From positions 31,253 through 95,252 of the forward strand of contig NW_005434614.1 in the NCBI RefSeq assembly GCF_000315625.1: a DNA stretch of 64,000 nt. The letters run 5' to 3'. The position numbers and the translations under genes were made by a program. Of the stretch, positions 37,140 through 50,530 are shown piece after piece; position 1 is the stretch's first letter, and each line of letters begins with the position of its first letter. The notes below the pieces were generated by a model that was not told the DNA's origin, made no database searches, and saw nothing but the letters and a program-made list of their open reading frames with translations. The DNA comes from Guillardia theta CCMP2712 (Eukaryota > Protista > Cryptophyta).

Positions 37140-37740
37140 GCCTACCCGCCGTTTCAGATCCGACTGGCACCATGTCACGGAGTGACTGTCACGGGCGCCA
37201 AGTTGAATTTCAGAACTCTCAAAACTTCAAGGCGGCCGCTTCAACCCGGCGTTGCCAACTTGAACTGGGTGAGGTCGGAAACACCGTGTGACAACTGGCA
37301 AGCCCGGGCTAGATAAACTGGGGCCTGACACTGGCATGCGATTGGTCGCGCCGCATTTGTACAACCGTAAGTTAAAACTGCCGTAGAAGTTGCTGCCCGC
37401 TGAGCTCACCTGCTGACAGGGCCGTCGCGCTGCGGCGTTGCCACTGCGGCGGCCGGGCCAGTCCGATGTCGACTCGGCGGACAGACGGCCCGAACTGCCT
37501 TCCGAATTCGCGCGGCCGGAACGGTCCAGTTTGTCACCGTCAAGTTGAGTCCTTGAAGTTTCCCGCCGGGCCGAGGCCCGGCGCGCGGCGGCGGCGCTGA
37601 GCCGGGCGAGTCACACAGTCAGTCACTCCCCCCCGGCCCCCGGGCCCGCCGGCCCGGGGGAGCGGTCCGGCCGCCCCCCGCGGCCCGACTCCTTGCCAGC
37701 GGCTCCGAGGCTCCGAGTCACTGGCCACGTGAATCTGCAT
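37140..37740. repeat. GC-rich palindrome island B
   Basis: Dense GGCC/CCGG, AGTC/GACT and AACT/AGTT motifs, short hairpins, non-coding. Confidence 0.6.
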
Positions 37741-38561
37741 CAGGCCATCCCCTCAGGCGTGTATGGACACGTATGGACCCACCTCCTATGTGTCGGTCAG
37801 ATTGTAGACGATCGCATGGGTAGGTACTTGAAAAATTTCAGTGATACAATGAAATATTGAAAGTTAAATATCAAATTTTTATTTTTGGCAGCCAACTTGT
37901 TGATGGGATGTTGGTGTACGGGTGAACGAGGTACCGACTTTGCTAGGGGTGGGGTAAAGGGATTGAAGTCTGGAAGAAGGGGGTGGGTGAAAGCTCGGAG
38001 GGTAGGGAGGTACTTTGGGTAGGGGTAGGGTAGAGAAAGATGGGACACAGGGTCATATAGGACGCAGATAGTCTATGACTACCCGGTCCAGTCATACTTT
38101 CATAGAGACAAATTAATGGGTGGGTACTTATCATCACCCCTGATAGAGTGTCCGACAGTGGAGTAGTGCCTGTATTGGGGGTAGGGGTGAGGTGTAAAAC
38201 TGAGAGAAGCGGTGGGGTGGGATAAGGACATGGGTTCTGTAGGGGATCTGATGATGGCTTGCAGGAGAATATGAGGTAGGGGTAGTCTAGGAAAAACGAA
38301 AGGGTGGGGTAATGAAGGGGGTGCCATCGATTCCATGGGGGTGGGGTGTCACTCACATCGTCCCCTTGGGGGTGGGGGTAGAGGTTCTGGAGGCTGATGG
38401 AAATTTTGTGACGCAAAGAGCTTAGGAGGAAAGCGAAGAAGCGAAGGCGAAGAAGCGAGGAGAAGAGGAAGAAGCAGGCGAGCAAGAACAAGACTAAGAA
38501 CCCTCTCTGAGTACAAGACAAGGTCCGCACAAGTTAGCTCATCTATCCAAGTGCAGAAAGG

Positions 38562-40508
38562 ATGGTCAGAACAAGTATTTTCGGATGGAACGGATCCAAG
38601 GTGGTGGCAGCGGGCGCCGTTATGGCGATGAGGTGAGTTCGTGTTCTCACTTATTGATGTGAATGTCGATCGATCTTCTTATGCCTCCGAGCTCTGTTCT
38701 GTGATCTTCCTGTGGATACTGATCTGCTCTCTGACTCTGCCACTGCCGCAGCCTTGGCGAGTGCGTAGCTTTCCTCCCTGCTTCCCCCATGCTCCTGCGT
38801 TCATCCACTTCAGCTCGTGCTGCCAGTGGAAGAATCATGGGGTTGAAGATGCAGGTCGCGCAGGTCAAGGATCGTGCTCAGGTTTGGCTGGAGCCTGTTA
38901 GATCGCATGGCATTGTTGACGGTGGTTTTCGATTCCGCAGGACGTTGGGGAGGGTCAGGCTGAGCAGCGTGCTGCCGCAGAGCGTCTCATGCAGCCATGC
39001 CCTGTGACCAAGTGGGGCCCGATGGACCTCGACGTGCTCGAGCTCCAGAAGCAGGTGCAGCAGATGGACCTTCCCAGCTTCCCGTTCGAGCTGCCGATGC
39101 CGAGCAACCTGGGAGACCTGGATGCTCAGGAGCGATACTTCGCCGAGAACAAGGAGAGCATCCTTGCCAGCCTGGAGAAGCACGGAGCTGTCGTGCTCAA
39201 GGGTTTTGACCTCACTAAGGAGCCCAAGGGCTTCGAGCGCATGTGGAAGGCCCTTGGCATGGAGGCTTGCCTTGACCCCCTTCACTCAGTCGCCGGCAGA
39301 CCTGTCGTGAGCGGAGACAGTGCCGTGTACGAGGCTGTTAACAAGCCCTCCCGTGCCAAGTTCTACGTGGGAATGCACAACGAGATGGTTGGCAAGCGAA
39401 CTGTCCGCCGCGCTGCCTTCGTGTGCTTCAAGGCAGCGGAGGTGGGCGGAGAGTTCATCATCACCGACGGGATGAGGATGCTCCGTGACCTGGACCCCTC
39501 CGTCCTCAAGAAGCTCTACGAGAAGAAGATCCGCTTCAGCTCTGCCGAGCTCCCCATGGGCTTCCTCGACAAGACGGTGAGTTCTCCCAGACTGACCGCT
39601 CTCATCTGTTGGGATGATCATCACCGTTGGCTTGCCTGTTGCATGTCACCGGTGCTTTTTTCTGATCTGTCCCTTCAGGGTCCGCTGCAACCCGTCTTGG
39701 AGCCCATCCTAAAGTCCGTCATTGGAGCCATCGTTGACATGAAGGTGAGTGCGTTGCTCACAAACCAATCCTGCTCCTCATGCCCAGCACTTCCTCCTTG
39801 CTCGCCTCCAACTCCATCCTCTCTTCTCCTTCTGAGTCGTCCTTGCTTCAGGTTGACTTCGAGGTCGACATGTTCTGGAACCGCGTCAACGGCGAGCGCG
39901 TGATCCAGGCGCATGCTCCTCCCCAGCCCCCTGTGATCCTCCACCCGGACACCAACCTGCCGACCTGGTTCTGCAACATTCACTCCCACTCTGCCACCCT
40001 CAGGGATGAGAGAGACGGAGTTCTTCCTGAGACCACCGGCGCCAGCCGCCTGAACAAGTCGGATGTGTTCTACGGAGATGGTAAGGAGTGGGACAAAGAG
40101 GTCAGCAGCTCATGTTTCGCGCACAGGCTCGCAGATCTCCAAGGAGGACTTGAAGCATGTCGACGAGGTCACCAAGAAGAACCAGGTCAACTCCCGCTCC
40201 TGCTGTTTCGTCACCATCTCCTCCTGCTGCTTCTTCACCATCGCCTTCCTCCTCCTCCTCCTCCTCCTCCTCCTCCTCCTTCATCTTCTGTCCTCCCCAT
40301 CCCCTCCTGCCCGCTCACTACCCAACATGCCTGTGGGTCGTTCTTTTTTCTACCTCGCTGCTTTACTGGCATGTTGTCTGACTTTCAACTGCAGGTGTAT
40401 GTGGCGATGAAGCAGGGAGACGTGGTGCTTATCGACAACTACCGTGCTATGCACGGCCGCAACATCTTCGAGGGAACCAGGAAGCATGCTGTTACGTGGT
40501 TCAAGTAG
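38562..40508 (+). CDS. Plastid-targeted TauD/clavaminate-synthase-like Fe(II)/2-oxoglutarate dioxygenase
   Basis: Spliced leader ...AVMAMSLGECVA-FLP; LEKHGAVVLKGF, VGMHNEM (HxE), GGEFIITDG, GDVVLIDNYRAMHGR. Confidence 0.88.
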
Positions 40509-40719
40509 ATTGGGCAGCAGCGGGTGTAGAAAGGAGTAGAGCAGATGAAGCCAGTGAACCGTTTCTTGACCAGCGATCCACTTACTTACTCGTGCAATGA
40601 TGAATTCGCACACTCGCATACGGATGCGTGCATTCATGCATTCATTCATTCATTCATTCTTGCATTCATTCATTCATTCATTCTTCACATTCACTCGCGC
40701 ACAGCTTATTGTACAAAGA

Positions 40720-41465
40720 GTTCGGGCTCTGGCGCTCTTCCTCCGTCAGCTCTTGACACCTTTACGGATCAGGAGGTTGTTGGCGTTGCCCTTTACCAGC
40801 TCCCAGTGCTTCGAACCTGGAGGAGTCCAGTAGACGTGTACAATGATCTTGTCTTTCGCAGGATTCACTTTGAGCTGACAGGAATGTCAACCCACTTGTC
40901 AACTCCACCGCACCAACTCACATGGTTGAGCGGAAGAATCATGTTGCTGGCGGTGTTGATGGGCGTCCCCTGCTGCCGCTCTGAGGACGACAACACGAGG
41001 AAGTTGGTGGTAGCGCAGTGCTCGCTCATGAAGACGATCTGCAGGAAGCGCATCAGCGATGTCAAGGCTGGGACAGGAGGGATGCCAGACCTCCTCGTTG
41101 TGGTCCCGAAACTTGAGGATGAGCTCGCTGATCAGATCGCTCACAGTTGCAGACGAGGAGCAGTGTAGCTCTAACTTGGCATGCGCTGAGAGCTTCGAGC
41201 TGTGACAAAAGACGACTACCTCCTGCAAGCCCGTCTCCTGCTGCGGCAGCTCCTCGTCGGAGCCCGCTTCCTCTAGGGAGAACTTGGAGATCTCAACGTC
41301 GGAGCTCTTCCGCGACAACTTCGCCGACGCTGTTGAGGTCTTGTTTGTCATGACTGATTCGTGCTGGGGGATATTGAGGCAGACGGAGGAAAATCTGGAG
41401 AAAAACGTCAGCAAGGTGAGGATTGAAAGTATTGTCCATTGTGGTGTTGTGATGGGATCGGGCAC
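40720..41465 (-). CDS. Hypothetical protein
   Basis: ORF with hydrophobic ILSILTLLTFF N-terminus and short introns; no confident domain. Confidence 0.3.
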
Positions 41466-42789
41466 TTGCAGCCCCTAGAGATCGTGACCTTCGTGCTTTC
41501 GTTAAATTAAATGTGTTCGTCTTTAGGGTTTCATCAAGACGGTGTCTATGCTAGTTTGACATACCCAAAATGATCTCTCACTGACTTTATCTTCCAAATG
41601 ACTATCACAAAGATCCACCATAAAAGACCTTCATCCATACCATCGTACAATTTGCTATCGATGACAAACAACTCGTCAACTGCGACTTGCTGTGTTTGTT
41701 AGGTTTGATGGGTTCGATTACATCATGATAGTGACCAAGCTCATAATTATCTTAATGTATCATTCTCTTATCTTATCACTACGATGAATTTCACACAGGA
41801 TGATTCGAGACAAGATCGTATCGAAGAAGTGATCGATTTCAGTGTGCTGCAAAGAATTCGTAATGTATTTTCGTGGCCATCACCGTGTTATTTTGACCAA
41901 GGTAAGGGAAGGGAAAGAACAACAGAGAGAGAAGAAAGATGCATCTACAGGAAAAGCCTACTACACTAGCCCATTGAGCTCCTCCTCCACCACCACCACC
42001 ACCACTTATTCTCCTCCTTCACTGAGCAATATCTCACTCCTTTTATTCCTATCATCGGATTGTTTTTGTTGACCACCCCGCAACCTCCTACCCCACCCCC
42101 CATACACAACTTAACTATTTTTTACCACCAGTCAATTACTCTTATATGACCGGGTAGTGTAGCTATTAACCTCCAACCACCACTCTTTACCAGGACTGTC
42201 GGACCCCACCCCTGAGTTCTGTCAGCATTACGGCTCCGACTACAGCCTACCCCCTCACACCTGGAAGTGACTACGTTCACTTCCACCCACCCCTGCTTTT
42301 CCCACCCTCTATACCCTTAACACCTCCGGTTGTATGACCCCTCCCGACATCCGGGGTTTATCACTAGCAAGTCTATAACGTACCGGTAATATTTCCCTGG
42401 GATTCGTGGTAATTTGGGGGTGGGGGTATTTGACGTGTAGGTTGACTGGAGTGACCACCTCACGTACATTGTCGATCCGATCATCAGCCCCACCCCACCC
42501 CCCGGTTACCTCATTGCCCTTTCTGTCCTGTGCCAACTTGAAGGGACTTCAATACTTCACAACAGGGGGGTGGTTACTACCGTGGGTGACCCCGACCCGA
42601 CAGACAGGACTAAAACCTGGGGGTCCTAGGCTGACTACCCCACACCCACCCCACCCCTGTCGCCGGGGGTCTCGGCGACTCAGTTCACAAGGAGCCGGGA
42701 CGGGAGTCACGATCGGACCCACCCCATCGGATGATCTCGTACCCCATTAAGGAAGGAGAAAGTGGGATACTACTAGGCCTAATAGTAGA

Positions 42790-43210
42790 AAAAAAGGCCG
42801 GGCTTCCGAGTGAGGAACGCGGCCGGTTGAACACTAGTTACTCTGTCACGGCGCAGCGCACGGACGGGGGCCGTCCGCCGGCCCGGGCCGGGAGTCGCGC
42901 TACTGTGCCGCGGCCGCCGGGCGCCGCGGCCCGGCCGGGCCGCGGCCGCACTGAGCCGGACCGTACGGAGTCCTGGCCGGGCGCATCACGGTGAGCCCCC
43001 CGGACTCCGGGAGCCCGGGGAACCGGCCGGGCCCCGGTCCGATGTCGGATCCGGCCACGGGCACTGGCTCCAGGAATTCCGAGCGCGGCCCCCGCGGCGG
43101 GTAGCTAGCCCTGCAGCCGCCGCCCGACCCGGCCCGTTTTTTTTGTTTTTACTTTTCACCGGCCCGGAGTGAATTTTCAGGCCCGGCCCGGGCCCCGGCC
43201 GGCCGGTGCG
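42790..43210. repeat. GC-rich palindrome island C
   Basis: Perfect 24-bp palindrome gccgcggcccggccgggccgcggc (42923-42946), 14-bp ccggcccgggccgg (42878-42891) and other hairpins. Confidence 0.7.
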
Positions 43211-43338
43211 ATTTCATGCTACAATTCAGATACCCCTCCTTTCCCCTGATATTTGAGGGGTACTGAAGGGCTATTTGAAATATGGGTAGTGTTCCGCTGG
43301 GGGGTAGGGGTTGGGAGAGGGGGTAGCGCGTGGCGGCT

Positions 43339-46300
43339 ATGGCGTCGTATGACTCCTCCAAGGGGCCGCAGGTGAGGAGGAGGAGGAGGAGGAGGAGGAA
43401 GGAAGAGGAGGAATGCAGAGAGGGAGAAAGAATGAAGGGTGCCTGAAGCAGGAAGGAGGGGCAGAGAGGAAGCAGAAGAGGAGAAAGTGGTGGTGGAGAT
43501 GAGGGGTTGAGAATCAGGAGGCTTGACGTGGAGGGAGAGGTCAACCCACGAGGAGACTTGAGCGAACGTGTCAGATATGAGGGAAGGGCAGGTTCTCAGT
43601 CATAGTATCCCTTCAGAAGAGAATCTGCTCTTGCGTAGTGAATGCTTGGAGAGAGGAGATGTCGTGGATTGGTCTGACTGGGTCGTCAGGGGAGGATTGA
43701 AGACTACTACGATGTTGGAAGGTTGCTCATCCCGTTCGACAAGAAGCGCAACTGATTGATCTTTGAACAGTCGACTTACTGCCGATGCATTCGGTGCAGG
43801 AGGGGAAGTCGTCCGCGGGTATTTCGAAGCAAGCTAACTTGCTGTGTTGGATATTGACTTGGCCGCAACATTTCAGCATTAGGAAATCAGACCAGAAGGC
43901 TTTTGCGGTTAAGATTATCCGATATGGCAGGACAAGGGAAGACAAGCAACAGATTCAAACGCTGACAGAGGTAGGACACACTCTCATTGCCCGCTAGCTC
44001 AACGAGGTCGGCAGGTAAATCACCCTGGTATCATTCGGCTTGTAGATTGGTTCGAAACACCGGAGATCCTCTACGTCGTGATGGAGATGGCGCTGGGAGG
44101 AGAGATGTTTGGTAGGATAGCAGAGCGAGGAGCCTTCACCGAGCTGGAAGCGGCAAACGCGTTCCGCCAGGCAAGAGCCTACCGTGCAGCCGTCGAGTGC
44201 AAATGACGTCTGGCCCGCTTGCAGATCCTGGAGGCAGTGGGGCACATGCATACGAGGGGAGTGGTTCATTGCGATCTCAAGGTAGGACGCGAAGTCTCCC
44301 TGCTGTCCGGCTGTGTGAGAGACATGGCAGCCCGAGAACATTCTCTATGAGGACGACACGGATAGGCAGATCAAGATCGCAGATTTCGGTTTTGCGCAGG
44401 TGGAGCCCTCCCCTTCCTTCCGCACCCTTCCTCTCCTTTGATCTTCTTGCTCTTTTCTCTCCTCTCTCCTCCTCTCTTTCGTCCCCTACGATTCTTGATC
44501 GACTTCCACTTTCGACTTGTGGAATGTCTTGCGTGCTCGTTGAAAGACGTGGAGGGTGACCAGACTTGGTGTTGCAGTTCATACCAGGCGGCTCCGACGG
44601 GGGTCAGACCCTCACGAAGCAGCTTGGAACTCTCAGGTTCTTTTGCTCTGTCAGCTTCACGATCTGAAGTTTGCTGATGCCAGCTACACTGCGCCGGAGA
44701 TTTTGATGGGCATCGGATATGACACTAAGGTAAGGAGGGAGGGCCATGGCCACGTAGGAGGGTTGAATCAAGGAGGAGGAGGGGCAGGAGGGAGGAGGGA
44801 GCAACAGCAGCAGCAGCTCCGGGTGGGATGGGTGGGGACAACCAGGAGAACAATGTGGAGAATTAGGAAAGCAGACCAGGAAAGAGGGAGAGGAGATGGA
44901 ATGTAATTGATTGAGGGGATGAAGGCGGATATGTGGAGCTTGGGCGTTATTCTCTACATCCTCTTGTCTGGTATCCCTCCTTTTGGGAAGAGACGAGGAG
45001 AAACGGATCATGACGTGAAAAGAAACATTTGCCGCGGAAATTGGAGGTCGATTTTTCTCCCTCCATCCCTCCACTCCCTCCCTCCCTTCCTCCCTCCCTC
45101 TCACCCTCCCCCCTTCCCTTCGCCCCTCCTTCCCTCACTCCTTCCCTCCTTCCCTTCGCCCCTCCTCCCGTTCACCGCCTGCTTCAGGTTCTATGATTCA
45201 CATTTCCGGAATGTCTCGGAGCAGGCGAAGGACCTAGTCAAGTAAGGGAGCGACAGTCTCTGTACCCTCCTGCCTGATGCTCCTTGCTCAGGTGCCTGAT
45301 TGTGTTGGATCCCAAGAAGAGGCTCGACTATGAACAAGCACTCTCCCACTCTTGGTTCCAGGTTCTTGTCTACTTCCTCCGCCTCTTCCCTCCCTTCCTC
45401 CTCTTCTGCTCTCCTCATCATCTTCCCCTGCTCGCCTCAACTCCTACTTCTGCACCTGCTCCTTCTCCTGCTCTCTGTGCTCCCCATTGTCATCCCTTAA
45501 TCACCTATCACCTTTCTGTGTCTTTCGGATGTCTTTCTCTCCCTGTTGCTCTCTCTCGCTTCCGATGACGGGGAGGTTGACGCTGCTCGACCTGCCAGGG
45601 CTATGCTCCCGAACGAGCCCTGGGCAGCGAGTACATCATCGAGCTCGGAAACTTCAACGAGAGGAGAGGGATGTACAAGCTTGCCTCCCACGCGCTCGCA
45701 GGTCTTGACCGCTGCTTCCTGCCTTCCCTCCCTCTTCCTCGCTCCCGACAGCTTTTTTCTCATCCTCGCCTCCCTTCCACCTCACGCTATCCCCTCCGTG
45801 ACTGTCGACATCTCCACGGAAGGAGCCGGCTGACGAGTCGTGTGCAGGGCTTGTGTCTCGTTTCGCCCAGCCGGACGCCATCGCCGCCATCTCAGCAGAT
45901 TCTCACTCCTTGAGTCGCGTGCTGCAGGAGGGGAGCATACAGGTGATGCGGCCCCCCAGGTCAAGAAGCAGCTGACGAGCGTGCTAGCCCATCATCTCCC
46001 TCGCCTACTCGAAGCTTGTGGAGGAGAGGAAGAGCGCGTGTAACGCAATCGCGAACCTCGCGCTGAGGGAGCAGGTGAGGCATCCCGCTGGCAGGATCCA
46101 AGAGCAGGAAGGAGGCCATGGGAGGGGCAGGAGCGTCAGGAGGGTAGGAAAGCGGCAGATCAGCAAGGGGAAAGTGCTCGAGAAGGAGGGGAAAGGAGGG
46201 AGAGGAGGAGGCTAACTTGACTTGTTGCTCTCTTCAGTACCAGCAGATGGTCATTAAAGAAGGAGGAGTGCGGAGGTTGAATCAGCTCGCACTTAAAGAG

Positions 46301-49300
46301 CCTCCCCAGCCCATCGACATCAGGCAAGACAGCAGGACTGACTGAGACGCGCCCGTGGCTGACCTGCCGTCTCTTCCTTCTTTCTCTCCCTCCTCCTCCT
46401 CTTCCCCTGCCATCTCTTCCTCGTCTCTTCCTTCTTGTCTCCCTCCTCCTCTTCCCTTGCCGCCTCCACCCTCCCTCATTGCTTTGCCCTACCTCTCCTT
46501 CCCCCCCTACCTTGCTTTCCTCCTCTCTCTTCCCACTCCGACCCAACTTCTTCTCCTCCCTTCTTCAGATTTTTCGTCGCTCTGGCCCTTGCACGCTTGG
46601 CCAAGAACCCGGAATGTAGACAGGTGCGTAGGAAGGAATCCTTATCGTCTCTGCCGACTGACCTGACGTGCAGTTGCTGCTCTCCCCCAACATCAACGCC
46701 GATCCCAACTGCTCCACTCACCATGCGCTGATGCGGCTCTCACAGGTGTGAGGCATACCTCCTCCTCCTCCTCCTCCTCCTCCTCCTCCTCCTCCTCCTC
46801 CTCCTCCTCCTCCTCCTCCTCCTCCTCCTCCTCCTCCTCCTCCTCCTCCCTTTCCCTCCTCTTCCTCCCCAGGCTCCCTTTCCCTCCTCTTCCTCCCTCC
46901 TCCTCCTTCTCAACTTGTTCTCTACCTACTCTCCTGGCACGTCTTGACCTGGCTCTCACATATTTTTCAGTCCATCAATCCTTCTCGGGTGTCGCGGCAA
47001 GCAGTTGAAGCCTTGTCGTTGTTAGCCTTGGAGGAGGTAGGAGATGCAAACCCCCTCCCTCCTCCTCCCTCCTTCTCCTCCCTCCCTCCCTCTCCTCCCT
47101 CCTCCTCCCTCCCGCTCTCCGTCCCTCTCCTGCCCTCTCCTCCCTCCTTTCCTCCCTCCCCTGCCCTTTCCTCCCTCCTCCTCCCGCCCTCCCTCCCCTT
47201 TGCTCTTCTTAAATGCTACCCGTAGGAGTTACATCAGCAGCTTGTTGCGGGCGGCATCCTTCCTGCTCTACTACGTCAATGGTCCGTTCCTGTCTCCTTC
47301 TCTTGTATCTTTTCCTCCTCCTCCTTGCAAGATTTTCCCTGCCGAAGAATGTTTCTTTCCCTCCCCCTCCTCTCCCTCCCCCTCCTCCTGCCATCCTCAT
47401 CCACCATCGATCCTCCAGATTCCTTCTCCTCCTCATCCTCTCTATCGCCTGCCCCCCTTCACCTCCTCTAATCTTGAGAGCGCAGCGATCCCAACCAGCC
47501 TTCAGAGTTTCGACGAGGAGCGCTTCAGGTGCGAATCTTGCGTCCTTCCCCTGCCATGTTGATTTCTCGCAGGCACTCCGATGTATCTTCTCCTGTTCCA
47601 GCCAGCAGACATCACAGGTGAGAGAGACAGAGAGACAGAGACAGAGACAGAGAGGTCAAAAGAAAGGGGGAGGGAGAAGGGGGGGAGAAGATGGTGGTGA
47701 TGGTGGTGGTTAAGCAGGAGATAGGCGACTGTTATAGAGTGGGGAGGGAGAGGTGGAAGCGAACTAGAGGCTCTTGTTGCAAGTCGAGTTCAAGTATGTT
47801 GCAGAACTCGGTGAGCGTGAAGGAGCTGAACTTGGAGATCAACAAGATCTACACTGATTGCTCGACGAATATGGACTCAGCGGTAAGAGGAAGGTGAAGA
47901 GGAACGGAAGGAGGGGAAAGATGGAGGGACAACGGGGGGAGCTGGCTGGAGGAAGCAGGATGGGAGGGAGGAGGAGCAGAGGCTACAGATTCGCCTTCAC
48001 AGCCTCGAGCTTCACCTTCTCATTACCTCGTGCTCTTGGCAGGATCTGGCAACAGCGAAAGATGCCAAGGAGAAGTTGCGGGGGATGTACGGCCTGATGC
48101 AGATGCTGCAGTACTACCCCATCTTCCCTGCCTCCGCCTGTAGCTCACAACTTGTTGCAGTGAGGAAACATTGATCAACGAGCTCAAGACAGGTCTCCTC
48201 ATCTTCCTCTTTCCTCCTCCTCCTCCTCTTTACTCCTCCTCCTCCTTCTCCTCGTCCTCCTCTTTACTCCTCCTCCTCCTCCTCCTCAAGGTCCGGTCGG
48301 TGGGTACTCGTCTGTACCCCTACCCCAACGTGTGAAATCCTCCGATCAGCAAAATATTCCCCGGCCCACCCTGTCACTCATGGGCGGGCCGGCGAAAACC
48401 CGGAGGTCGAATATGTTTTTGAGCCTCGGATTATACGGGCGGGGCGGACTCGCTATTTTGGCAAGCCCTTGTTCAAACTTGAAACAAGGCGGGACGAGCG
48501 AACAGAGGAAGGGACGGGATGCAGCTGAAGGGGGGAGAGGAAGAGAGCAAGGGAGGGAACCCCAGGACATTTTTATNNNNNNNNNNNNNNNNNNNNNNNN
48601 NNNNNNNNNNNNNNNNNNNNNNNNNNNNNNNNNNNNNNNNNNNNNNNNNNNNNNNNNNNNNNNNNNNNNNNNNNNNCTTCTCTTTCTCCTCCCCCTCCTC
48701 CTGCTCCTCATGTCTGGTGGCAGATCCGTTTCTCAGATGTTCAACACGATGGACACATCTCAATACAAAGCACACATAAGCTCTGCTCTCACCCTCCTCC
48801 GCGAGGTATGGCATCTCCCCAGAATCTGTGCAGTCCTCTTCCCATGCCTTCTCCTCCCTCCCTTCCCCTCCCCTCCCTCCCTTCGCTTCATCTTGTCCTC
48901 TGATGCTGCTGCTGCTCCTTCTCTGCTTACTTCATTTCACCCTCCCTACCATCATCCTCACCCTGTGGCGTGCAGGTTGCAGCTAGATCCACCCCCAAGG
49001 AGCCAACCCAGGACGACGCCGATGTCGCCATGGTCGACGCCTCAGCCCTTGTGATGCTGTTTCATGAGGGAGGAGGAGGATGACGAGGACCAGCAGGAGG
49101 TTCAACTCTCTCCCGAGCAAAAGACCAAGCTGGAAGAGGTAACTCCTCCTCTCCCCCTCATCCTTCCTCGCTCTCCTCTCCTTCTTTCTCTCCCTCCGTC
49201 CAGTCCCTCCCTTCCTCCCCATCCCCTTCCTCCACTCCTTACCCTTTCCCTCCTTCTCCCCCATGTCTCCTCTCTTCATCCCTCCCTCTTCTCTCATCCT

Positions 49301-49778
49301 CTACCGCGTTCTTCTCACTCTCAGCGGTCTGAACGCTCCTTTCAGATCCACGCGCAGCTAACCAAGGATAGGAGTCACCTCATGGAAAGGATCATGGCCA
49401 TCGGGAAGGGGTCAGCTGCCTCCCACCTCCTCCCCAGCTGACCACCCAGCTGACATGCTGGTCTCCAGGAGCCGCTGCAACGTGCCGGCCAAGGTTCAGT
49501 CGGTACTGACGGAGCTGACAGACGGTGAGTGCTGATCAGCACGTCATCATTTGCAGTTTCTCACCTCCTCCCAGTCATCCTCCAGATTGTCGACATCGTG
49601 CACGGCAACTGCATGCGCACGTCCAGCTAGCTTCCAGCTCGGGTTTTCGCGCTTCTCATCTTCCCTCATATTTTCTGTTTGCTACCGAAGGAAGAGTGAA
49701 GCCCTCGCTCTGCATCATCTCCTCCTCTCCTCTCCTTGTACCATCTCATCCGGGCCTGGCTCCCTCTCCTCCACCTGA
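43339..49778 (+). CDS. CAMK-like Ser/Thr kinase with long armadillo-like C-terminal region (more than 20 exons, spans a gap)
   Basis: FAVKII, NHPGIIRL, LGGEMF, VHCDLKPEN, IKIADFG, YTAPE, DMWSLGVILYILLSGIPPF, ALSHSWF; later ACNAIANLALRE and ALALARLAKNPECR. Confidence 0.85.
48577..48676. other. Assembly gap (100 N)
   Basis: Run of N. Confidence 1.
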
Positions 49779-49861
49779 GGCTCAGTCCGGAGTTCGATCT
49801 ACTGGCATCCATCTCCTCCTCTCCACTCGTTTTCGAGTCGGGAGTCGAGCCCTCGTCCTTT

Positions 49862-50160
49862 TGGCCGGCCGGGCCATCATGGCACTCAGGGACGCCGGGT
49901 CAGACCAGGACGTCCGAGCTAGGCTGATGATCAGACCCGGAGCCTCACTCCATCCCGCCGGGTGGCGGCGGCGAGTCCGCCGGCTCGGAGTTCCGCAGGG
50001 CGGCGGGCCGCGGCTCACTGAGTCAGGCCCGGATGCACATTTGGCTGCCGGGGTGAATACTGTACTCAAGCTACTCCGGGTCTGACTCGGCGAGTCGCCC
50101 GAACTTGTGACTTCGAAAGCCAGAGTCAGTGCGGGATGAGTCCGACTCAAAATCCATCAT
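49862..50160. repeat. GC-rich palindrome island E
   Basis: 12-bp inverted pair tcagacccggag 49931/ctccgggtctga 50074; hairpins gactcggcgagtc and tgagtccgactca. Confidence 0.65.
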
Positions 50161-50530
50161 GACAGTATTGAACTTGCCAGACCGTGCCGGACAGCGAGAA
50201 CCAACCGTTGAACCGTTGAACCCTCATCCCGGAGTCCTGCCTACCGTGCTGTCCCCCAAACTTAACTGAAACCTTCACTTAACTGCGCGCAGGACCACGT
50301 CCCCCGGCGCGCCATAGTCACTACTGTTAGCATAAGGTGTAAAAGGCCTTATTTTTAGTTAACCCCTCAGCCAGGGAATGGATAACTAAGCGTACCATGT
50401 GTAGGTAAGAGATTCGTTAAGTGGGCCACTATGCTAATCGCAACTACATCCGGTCCTGAGTGTTGTTCCCAGCTGAGTCTGAGGACAAGGGGTTCCCGGG
50501 TGGGTGAGCAAATCCAGTTGTACGACTAAC

